Assembly (NCBI GenBank): GCA_039024555.1
Contig: JBCCQQ010000089.1
Span: forward strand, 1-19,951
DNA from: Cyanobacteria bacterium P01_D01_bin.156
GTDB lineage: Bacteria; Cyanobacteriota; Cyanobacteriia; Phormidesmidales; Phormidesmidaceae
Direction of reading: 5' to 3'
DNA: 19,951 nucleotides
The notes beneath the pieces were generated by a model, which was not told the DNA's origin, did not search any database, and worked only from the letters and a program-made list of their open reading frames with translations. Positions 1 through 7,269 of the stretch are shown here, one piece after another. Within the stretch, counting starts at the first letter, position 1. The number at the start of each line of letters is the position of its first letter. Position numbers and translations under genes: made by a program.

Positions 1-78
1 CTCCGGGGTAGCGCAGTCTTCCAGCAGTTCGTCTAGTAAGTCATCAACGCGGTTCGGTTCTTTTTTCTTGCGGGCCAT
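1..78 (-). CDS. IS256-family (Mutator-type) transposase, N-terminal 26 aa, partial
   Basis: Hand translation gives MARKKKEPNRVDDLLDELLEDCATPE, matching the 'LLDELL..C.TPE' start of IS256-family transposases. RBS context is GGAGATCGCCCCATG. Confidence 0.75.
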   Translation of the reverse strand, partial: MARKKKEPNRVDDLLDELLEDCATPE

Positions 79-138
79 GGGGCGATCTCCTGATGTACAT
101 AGATGATAGATCGCTTACACAAAATTCTGTACAGTCCC
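1..138 (-). mobile_element. IS256-family insertion sequence, left end (element continues beyond the window start)
   Basis: The minus strand begins GGGACTGTACAGAATTTTGTGTAAGCGA (138->111), resembling IS256-family terminal IRs. It is followed by an AGGAG RBS and an ATG at 78 opening a transposase-like N-terminus. Confidence 0.8.
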
Positions 139-270
139 TCGCATTTGAGGTCAGCCATGGCAAAGTTGTTGCCTTTCGCGAGTACTTTGGCGACTTAGGT
201 GCCTAAACTCGTGGTCATATAAATTCTTTGTGCGATCGCATTTTCTAAAGGTATCCCAGGCAACATTGCT

Positions 271-975
271 ATGAAAACCGATTTGCTCCACGACCGTAAC
301 CACCGTGGCCGGACTCAGCTTGGCTGGCTTAATAGCTACCACACCTTTTCGTTTGGCTCATTTCAAGACCCCAATCGCATGGGCTTTCGAGCACTACGCG
401 TGATCAATGAAGATCGTGTAGTGCCGGGGGCAGGCTTCCCTACCCACAGCCATCAGGATATGGAAATCTTCACCTATGTTTTGGCAGGGGCACTAGAGCA
501 CCAAGACAGTCTGGGAAATGGCGCGGTGATTCATCCTGGCGAAGCTCAGATCATGAGTGCTGGAACAGGCATTACCCATAGTGAATTTAATGCATCATCA
601 GAAGACCCGGTACACTTCTTACAAATTTGGATTTTACCTAACCAGCAACAACTGCCCCCACGATACGAGCAACGTGAGTTTCCCCTAGCCGAAAGGCAGG
701 GACAGCTGAGACTGATTGCTGCTAAGGATGGCCGGGAGGGAGCGGTTAGAGTATTTCAGGATGTGGATCTGTATACCGCTGTTTTAGAACCGGAGCATGA
801 GATTCGCTATGACCTGGCAGTCAATCGTTTTGCTTGGCTGCAGGTGGCCCGAGGAATTGTCCTACTCAATGGAGAAGAGCTGCGCGAAGGCGATGGTCTC
901 CAGATGGGTGGTGAGCGCTCGCTGAATATTTCAACCTCTGTAGGGGGAGAGATTCTTCTGTTTGATTTAGCCTGA
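271..975 (+). CDS. Pirin family protein (YhhW-like bicupin)
   Basis: GWLNSYHTFSF, LRVINEDRV, the metal-ligand motifs HSHQDME and HSEFN, FLQIWI and C-terminal LLFDLA; 234 aa. Confidence 0.95.
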   Translation: MKTDLLHDRNHRGRTQLGWLNSYHTFSFGSFQDPNRMGFRALRVINEDRVVPGAGFPTHSHQDMEIFTYVLAGALEHQDSLGNGAVIHPGEAQIMSAGTGITHSEFNASSEDPVHFLQIWILPNQQQLPPRYEQREFPLAERQGQLRLIAAKDGREGAVRVFQDVDLYTAVLEPEHEIRYDLAVNRFAWLQVARGIVLLNGEELREGDGLQMGGERSLNISTSVGGEILLFDLA

Positions 976-1052
976 GCGATCGCAGATTAAGCTAGAGATA
1001 GGGGAGCTATGCTACTCCGTTCTTGTTTATTTGCCCCATACTGACCCAACCC

Positions 1053-1652
1053 ATGACGGCCTCTAACGCGTATCCCTCCATTCAAATTGTCAAGCACCGT
1101 AACGATGACAATCAACCTGTGACCGCCGTTATCTCCCAGCGGGTGTCCCGTCAGCACCAGGCCGACTATGAACGCTGGGTGCAGGGTATTTCCGAGGCAG
1201 CTCGACAGTTTCCCGGCCATAGCGGTCTCACGGTCATTCGTCCCGAAGCAGGCATCTGCCTTAATTTTGTGATTATTCTCAAATTTGACTGCTACAGCAA
1301 CCTCAAACGTTGGCTGGATTCAGATGAACGACAACGGTGGTTAGACAGGGCGAAACCCTTTATTGCTAAGCAAAATAACATTCAGATTCTCACCGGTTTT
1401 GAGACCTGGTTTACCCTGCCCGTTAAGGCCGTACAAGGCACACCTGCGCGTTATAAAATGGCGCTCTTAACAACCTTTGCTGTGTTTGTTTCTGTGAACC
1501 TGTTTAATCCTCTACTTATGCCGCTGCTGACACAATTTTTGCCGCAGTTGCTGGCCTCTTTGGTGGTGACTTACCTGGTGGTTTTGTTTCTAACCTACGG
1601 AGTCATGCCTCGGTTAACCAAGCTATTTCGTCGCTGGCTCTATCCACAATAA
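1053..1652 (+). CDS. Antibiotic-biosynthesis-monooxygenase (ABM)-domain membrane protein
   Basis: The N-terminal ABM-like domain has YERWVQGISEAARQFPGH, LKRWLDSDER and TGFETWF. It is followed by P.RYKMAL, two hydrophobic helices and 'MPRLTKLFRRWLYP'. ATG 1053 is preferred over TTG 1023. Confidence 0.85.
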   Translation: MTASNAYPSIQIVKHRNDDNQPVTAVISQRVSRQHQADYERWVQGISEAARQFPGHSGLTVIRPEAGICLNFVIILKFDCYSNLKRWLDSDERQRWLDRAKPFIAKQNNIQILTGFETWFTLPVKAVQGTPARYKMALLTTFAVFVSVNLFNPLLMPLLTQFLPQLLASLVVTYLVVLFLTYGVMPRLTKLFRRWLYPQ

Positions 1653-1859
1653 AAAACCATTGGCAGATCTTGTTTACGCTGCGATCGCAAACACTAAAAG
1701 TGTAGACCCCTTGGGCTATACATCTCCTTGAACTATTTAGGTATTCAAATGCTTTACAGAAAAGGCTGCCAGACTTGATACCTGATTGTGACAGTTGGGA
1801 GTGCGGAATGTCGGTTTGGCGGCAAAGGAGTCGGGCATGCACCTGCTAGCTGACGGATA

Positions 1860-2156
1860 TCAACCATCTACTCCATCAGACTCAAAACTCTCTTTCAAAG
1901 GACAATCTTTTATGGGACATTCAATAGGCTCCAATCGAATCTCATTGGAAAAATGGGTAATGCCAAAGCGCTCTTTTAGATAGGGCATCACTTTTTGCTC
2001 CATGTAGCGTTCTAGCTGACGCTTACGATATCCGGCACAGTGAATGGGCTCTACTTCCAAAACCTTTTGACCATTGTGGATAACGGTGGCCGAGATCGCA
2101 TGTACGGGTGCATCAATGCACCCGATTGAGACCGAACGGCATTCGCTCAAAGCCAT
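1860..2156 (-). CDS. Hypothetical protein with HC and CPxxxCP motifs
   Basis: 98-aa ATG ORF starting 11 bp after the cobO stop on the same strand; contains PIHCAG and ECPIKDCPL. Confidence 0.6.
   Translation of the reverse strand: MALSECRSVSIGCIDAPVHAISATVIHNGQKVLEVEPIHCAGYRKRQLERYMEQKVMPYLKERFGITHFSNEIRLEPIECPIKDCPLKESFESDGVDG
2102..2124 (+). repeat. REP-like hairpin within a coding region
   Basis: GTA-CGGGTGCAT-CA-ATGCACCCG has a perfect 9-bp inverted repeat. It shares the GTA(C/G)-GGTGC...GCACC frame with the other REP-like hairpins in this window. Confidence 0.4.
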
Positions 2157-2167
2157 CGATCAACACT

Positions 2168-2788
2168 TTAATATTCAATCCCCATTTGCGCTGGAATACC
2201 CGCACTGATGGGATGCTTGATGCGGGTCATTTCTGTTACTAGATCCGCGATATCCATTAATTCTTCGGGAGCATAGCGTCCAGTACTGGCCACATGGCAA
2301 TGGTTGGGACGCGACTGAATACCGGTCAGCACCGCAGCTAGGTCTAGACGAGCCTTTTTAAGGGCAATGTGCAATTCATCTAGAACAACGAGAGAAATGT
2401 CAGGATCTGTAATCAGCTTTGTAGCGGTTTGCCAGGCTTGTTCTGCCATCTGTTGATCTTGAGCAGGGTCCTGAGTTTCCCAAGTAAACCCTCCACCAAG
2501 GGTATCAACACTGACTGGAAACCCTCGTTCCTTGAGTTTTTCTAACATGATGCGATCGCCATCGGGAAAGGCACTGTCATTTTTAATAAACTGCACAACA
2601 GCCACTCTCATATCGTGAGCCAGATGACGATAGACCAGATTCATAGCGCTGCTGGTTTTACCTTTACCTAGGCCGGTAAACAAAAGGTATAGGCCCTTCT
2701 CATTCCCTTCGCGATTGGCGCGAGCCTGATCTTTAGCCGCCTTGATTTTTTGAAGTCGAGTCTGTTCTTCTGGGGTGGGGTTGGTCAT
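2168..2788 (-). CDS. cobO: Cob(I)yrinic acid a,c-diamide adenosyltransferase (CobO/BtuR family)
   Basis: P-loop TGLGKGKTSSA, VVQFIK, GFTWETQD, LVVLDE, TGRYAP, ADLVTEM and KHP...AQMGIEY. Overlaps the cobN stop (ATGA, 2785-2788). Confidence 0.93.
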   Translation of the reverse strand: MTNPTPEEQTRLQKIKAAKDQARANREGNEKGLYLLFTGLGKGKTSSAMNLVYRHLAHDMRVAVVQFIKNDSAFPDGDRIMLEKLKERGFPVSVDTLGGGFTWETQDPAQDQQMAEQAWQTATKLITDPDISLVVLDELHIALKKARLDLAAVLTGIQSRPNHCHVASTGRYAPEELMDIADLVTEMTRIKHPISAGIPAQMGIEY

Positions 2789-5700
2789 AGTGTCTCCTCA
2801 ATATGAGCTTCTGCGTCTAACACGATTGCCCTCAGCTGTTCTAGCAGTTCGGGCGAAACCTGCTGCCATAATCCCCGCTGATGGGCTTCTAATAACCGTT
2901 CTGACATATCCCGTAACGCCCAAGGATTATGGGTCTGGATAAAGCGTTGAACGTTGTCGTCTAGAATATACGCTTCGGCAACGCCAGCATACATAAAATC
3001 AGCCACTGCGTGGGTGGTTGCATCATAGGCAAAGAGATAATCCACCGTTGCCGCCAGCTCAAAGGCTCCTTTATAGCCATGGCGCATCACACCAGCAATC
3101 CATTTAGGATTGACAACACGGGAACGATACACTCGGCTGATCTCCTCTGGTAAAGAACGAATACGGGGGGCCTGGGGACGGGAGTGATCGCCGAAATAGG
3201 CTGTGGGATTTTTACCCTGGGTAGCGCGTACAGCAGCAACTAATCCTCCTTGAAACTGGTAGTAGTCATCAGAGTCTAGTAGATCGTGTTCTCGATTATC
3301 TTGATTGTGCAACACAATTTGCAGCTGTCCTAGGCGTTGTTGAAACACATCGGGAACTGAGGCAGAGCGCAGGTTTCCCGATTGCTGTTCTGAGGGCGGG
3401 CCGGGCCGCCCGTAGGCATAGCAGCTCCAGTTGATATAGGCCTGGGCCAAGTCGCGATCGCTTGTCCAGTTTTGTGCCTCAATCAGTCCCTGTAGACCCG
3501 CCCCATAGGCACCTGGTTTAGAACCAAACACCCGATATTGGGCACGAATATCGGCCTCCTCGGGAGTAAACCCAAGGGACTGCCAATGATGGAGTTCTTG
3601 CTTCACTTGGGCCGCCAGGGGATTCATGTCGGCGGGTTCATCTAAGACCGCAACCGCTGCCACCGCTGAGTTGAATAAATCAATCAGATTGGGAAAAGCA
3701 TCCCGAAAGAAGCCTGAAATGCGCAATGTAACATCAACGCGGGGGCGCTGCAGCACCGACAGGGGTAGGATTTCAAAATCTATCACCCGGCGGCCCACCC
3801 CATCCCACACGGGGCGCACCCCCAAGAGGGCCAGAGCCTCAGCCATATCATCCCCACCCGTGCGCATGGTGGCGGTACCCCACATCGAGAGTCCTAGGGT
3901 TTTAGGATAGTCCCCCTGTTCCTGGGTGTAGCGCTCTACCAGATTTTCCGCCGCTCGACGGCCTACATCCCAGGCACTTTCCGTCGGCAGACCGCGAATA
4001 TCAACACTGTAGAAATTCCGCCCGGTGGGCAGCACATCGGCCCGGCCCCGAGTGGGCGCACCGGAGGAACCGCTGGGCACATAGCCTCCGTCTAAACCGT
4101 GGAGCAGATGGGTAATTTCCTCAGAAGTTTGCGCTAGTCTGGGCCATAACCACTGGCCGATCCAGAGAAGTTCTATGGTGGTTTTTGGACCAGCGATAGA
4201 GCTGCGATCGCTCACAGCGTTCTCGTCATTTAGCCCTTTAGCTAACAACCGTTCCACCCAGCACGTTGCCTGGTTTTCCAGCACGGCAACCGCATCCCCA
4301 ACGGTATAAATAGTGTGTTGAGATAGTTTGTCAGCTTGCAACAACGTATCAGGGATTTTCACATCTTGGATGATGGTCCCTAAATCTGTCGTGAGCGGAT
4401 CAAAGTGTAAATCCCACCCCCAATCTTCTGCGATCGCACGGGTCAGTCCCTGACGCCCCGGCCCCGGTTGACGTGCGATGGCTACGATTAAATCCCGCAG
4501 CTGTCTGCCATCGGGACACTGCCCTAGAATATGTAACCCGTCCCGAATTTGAGCTTCTTTGAGATCGCACAGGTAACCATCTGTTTGAGTAATAAATTCG
4601 CTAAAGGCGTTTGCATCTAAGGATGGATCCTGTTGTCGTAATCCATGCCCATTTTGCCCCAGTTGCAACTGGGGCAAAATGGGAGCCAGTCCTGGCAACA
4701 GACTGAGATCCTGTTGTAGATTTTCTTGGGTGACCAGGGAGCAGATGCGATCTCGAATCACAGGAAGTCTTTTTGGATCTAACGATTCCGCATCGTAATA
4801 TTCATCAATCAACGCTTCCAAGCGATGGAGTGAACCATAGAGCTCAGCCCGCGTTAGGGGAGGCGTCAGGTGATCCAAAATGACCGCCTGGGCTCGACGT
4901 TTGGCCTGGGTACCTTCCCCCGGATCGTTAACAATAAATGGATATAAGTGAGGCATGGGTCCCAGGGCTACCTCTGGATAACAATTTTCAGAAAGCGCCA
5001 GACTCTTACCTGGCAGCCATTCCAAATTGCCATGTTTACCCACGTGGACAACAGCCTGGGTACCCCACTGAAAACGCAGCCAGGCATAAAACGCCAGATA
5101 CCGATGGGTAGGTTCTAAATCCGGCGCATGGTAGTTCAACGATGGATCATCGTCATAGCCGCGAGAAGGTTGAATTCCTATAAAAATGTTGCCCAGCTGA
5201 ATCCCGGCAATGGGAATATCGGCATTGGGGTCCACATCTCCCCAGCGCTCAATGACACCCTGCTGTACGGATGCAGGCAATGTTTGGAAATATGCTTGGT
5301 AATCCTTAGCGGAAAGGGTTTGACGGACAGGGCGCATGTCTTGTCCCTCTGGATCATTAGTGACGCCCTGGGTGAGCCAGTTGATTAAATCTGCACTGGT
5401 GGCCGACAAGATTTCTTCTGGGGGAAGAGAGTCGAGTGTGTAGCCTGCTGAGTGGAGCGATCGCAAAATTTCCAGACAGCTAGCCGGAGTATCTAAACCC
5501 ACTCCATTGGCCAAACGACCATCTTTATTAGGATAGTTCGCCAAAATTAACGCCACTTTGCGTTGTTCAGGTGTCGTGCGTCGCAGCGTCACCCAATTAG
5601 CTGCCAAGTCAGCAACAAACTCAATCCGGTCAGGCTTTGGCTTATAGGCCATCACCGTTGTTTCTAGCTGAGGGTGGTCAGTTTGCACCGCCTTGAACGA

Positions 5701-6720
5701 TACCGCCCGGCTAATAATACGACCATCCACCTCCGGCAATGCCACATTCATCGCAATATCTCGGGGAGACAATCCTCGCCATTGTTGTTGCCACTGGTCT
5801 TCACTGCCACCGCTGAGCATGACCTGAATCACGGGCACATTCAGCCGTTGCCAAAAGTCTACCTGAGGAGATTCAGCACTTAACTTAGCGAGAGAGAACC
5901 CGGTGGTATTGAGAATCAGATCAATGCGCTGATTTTTGGTCAGTTCGGTTAGCAACTCAGACTGAATTTCTGGATTACGCAGCGAGGGTAAAAATAGCGG
6001 CAGTGGGGAGAGACCATGAGTCTTTAGTGCTTCGCAAAGGGCATCAATGACGCGGGTGTTGCCAGATAGATAGTGAGCGCGATAGAAGAAAATTGCCACC
6101 GTAGGCTGGGTTTCAGACGCAACAGGATTCTCTCCCCTTTTACCCTTCTCCTTTTCTCCCTTTCCCCCTTTCCACTCATACTTTCCCCACTGCGGCACAG
6201 CCTGCGGTTCAGGCACCTCATAGGAATAGCCCAAACAGGTTTGTGCTAGATATTGCAGTCCGTAGGCCAGGTTTTCTGCTCCACCTTCCACAAAGTAGTG
6301 CCAGAGTTGATCGGCTACCGTCAGGGGCACGGTGCCTAAACTACAGAGGACCGGATCGGGGCGATCATCGCCGGGTAATACCACCAGGCTAATGTTGTAA
6401 AGTTCTGCTATTTCCCGCAGACGTTCTAGGCCATAGCTCCAGTAGCTGCGTCCGCCCAGCAGCCTTACCATGATGACCTTCGCTTTGCTTAATACTGAGT
6501 CTACATAAGTGTCGATGCTGAGTTCTTGCTGTAGTTGAAGCAGGCTGGCGACTCGGAACTGTGGGAAGTCTTGGGGTAGTTGCGGCAGACTGGCGGCCAG
6601 GGTTTGGATTTCGGTATCGGCGGCGGTGATGATGATGATGGGGGCTGGGGTTTGATCTAGGATGATGACGCCGTCGGTGTCGGGGTTCCATCCTCCTGGT
6701 GTGGCGGCAATGCGATGCAT
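2785..6720 (-). CDS. cobN: Cobaltochelatase subunit CobN
   Basis: 1311 aa with MHRIAATPGGW, ALPEVDGRI, ANGVGLDTP, HVGKHGNLEWLPGK, NDPGEGTQAKRR, LPTGRNFY, RISGFFRD, HNQDNREHDLLDSDDYYQFQGG and NPKWIAGVMRHGYKGA. Confidence 0.98.
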   Translation of the reverse strand: MHRIAATPGGWNPDTDGVIILDQTPAPIIIITAADTEIQTLAASLPQLPQDFPQFRVASLLQLQQELSIDTYVDSVLSKAKVIMVRLLGGRSYWSYGLERLREIAELYNISLVVLPGDDRPDPVLCSLGTVPLTVADQLWHYFVEGGAENLAYGLQYLAQTCLGYSYEVPEPQAVPQWGKYEWKGGKGEKEKGKRGENPVASETQPTVAIFFYRAHYLSGNTRVIDALCEALKTHGLSPLPLFLPSLRNPEIQSELLTELTKNQRIDLILNTTGFSLAKLSAESPQVDFWQRLNVPVIQVMLSGGSEDQWQQQWRGLSPRDIAMNVALPEVDGRIISRAVSFKAVQTDHPQLETTVMAYKPKPDRIEFVADLAANWVTLRRTTPEQRKVALILANYPNKDGRLANGVGLDTPASCLEILRSLHSAGYTLDSLPPEEILSATSADLINWLTQGVTNDPEGQDMRPVRQTLSAKDYQAYFQTLPASVQQGVIERWGDVDPNADIPIAGIQLGNIFIGIQPSRGYDDDPSLNYHAPDLEPTHRYLAFYAWLRFQWGTQAVVHVGKHGNLEWLPGKSLALSENCYPEVALGPMPHLYPFIVNDPGEGTQAKRRAQAVILDHLTPPLTRAELYGSLHRLEALIDEYYDAESLDPKRLPVIRDRICSLVTQENLQQDLSLLPGLAPILPQLQLGQNGHGLRQQDPSLDANAFSEFITQTDGYLCDLKEAQIRDGLHILGQCPDGRQLRDLIVAIARQPGPGRQGLTRAIAEDWGWDLHFDPLTTDLGTIIQDVKIPDTLLQADKLSQHTIYTVGDAVAVLENQATCWVERLLAKGLNDENAVSDRSSIAGPKTTIELLWIGQWLWPRLAQTSEEITHLLHGLDGGYVPSGSSGAPTRGRADVLPTGRNFYSVDIRGLPTESAWDVGRRAAENLVERYTQEQGDYPKTLGLSMWGTATMRTGGDDMAEALALLGVRPVWDGVGRRVIDFEILPLSVLQRPRVDVTLRISGFFRDAFPNLIDLFNSAVAAVAVLDEPADMNPLAAQVKQELHHWQSLGFTPEEADIRAQYRVFGSKPGAYGAGLQGLIEAQNWTSDRDLAQAYINWSCYAYGRPGPPSEQQSGNLRSASVPDVFQQRLGQLQIVLHNQDNREHDLLDSDDYYQFQGGLVAAVRATQGKNPTAYFGDHSRPQAPRIRSLPEEISRVYRSRVVNPKWIAGVMRHGYKGAFELAATVDYLFAYDATTHAVADFMYAGVAEAYILDDNVQRFIQTHNPWALRDMSERLLEAHQRGLWQQVSPELLEQLRAIVLDAEAHIEETL
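6128..6177. repeat. Degenerate ~8-mer tandem repeat (TTCCCCCT/TTCTCCCT) inside cobN
   Basis: ttctctccccttttacccttctccttttctccctttccccctttccactc encodes the low-complexity peptide EWKGGKGEKEKGKRGE. The same unit (TTCCCCCT x2) occurs at ~13752-13767. Confidence 0.6.
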
Positions 6721-6871
6721 TCGGTCATGGATAGAGTTAAGTAATAAATACTACCACTTCTTACACTTCCGATTTTTTGTTGTGCTACTACGGTTGATTT
6801 TTCTGAAAAATGCACCGATTCAGGACTAATAGGAAAGGGATTTTTTAAAATAGATAGTGCCGAAATGAGTG

Positions 6872-6890
6872 TGCTATAACTTGGCAAGTT
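6872..6890 (+). promoter_or_regulatory. Candidate extended -10 promoter (TGcTATAAC) overlapped by palindrome AACTTG-G-CAAGTT
   Basis: TG at 6872-6873 and TATAAC at 6875-6880, ~30 nt before ATG 6910. A perfect 6-bp-arm palindrome spans 6878-6890. Confidence 0.4.
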
Positions 6891-6909
6891 GTAACTAAAC
6901 AAATCAAAA

Positions 6910-7269
6910 ATGGAATTATCCGCATTATCTGAACAAGCGGTAAAGATAGCACTGTGGTCACTTGAAAAGGCTTCTGGGGGAGCTTTGTCAAAAGTTGGTT
7001 CGGAAATCTTGAATCTCCTTGTAAAACAATTCCAGGGAAAGCTTGATATCGGAGAAAGTCAACCAAAAGTTCTGGAAGCTGAAGTTGTTAGTGAAGCAGA
7101 GTGGAATCAAGAATTTCGCAAGGAACTTGAGAAGCTAGTAAATCAGTACCAGCAAATACAAAATAACAGCTCTGTTTCACAAAATACTGAATCAGGTGTA
7201 AACATAAATGCTGAGAATAACTCGGGCACGGTAATAGGTCAGCAGATAGACAACCGGCTTTTTCGTTAA
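6910..7269 (+). CDS. Small hypothetical protein (helical N-terminus, Q/N/S-rich tail); probable N-terminal module of a frameshift fusion
   Basis: 119-aa ATG ORF in AT-rich DNA. It ends SQNTESGVNINAENNSGTVIGQQIDNRLFR with the sequence CTT TTT CGT TAA. Confidence 0.8.
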   Translation: MELSALSEQAVKIALWSLEKASGGALSKVGSEILNLLVKQFQGKLDIGESQPKVLEAEVVSEAEWNQEFRKELEKLVNQYQQIQNNSSVSQNTESGVNINAENNSGTVIGQQIDNRLFR

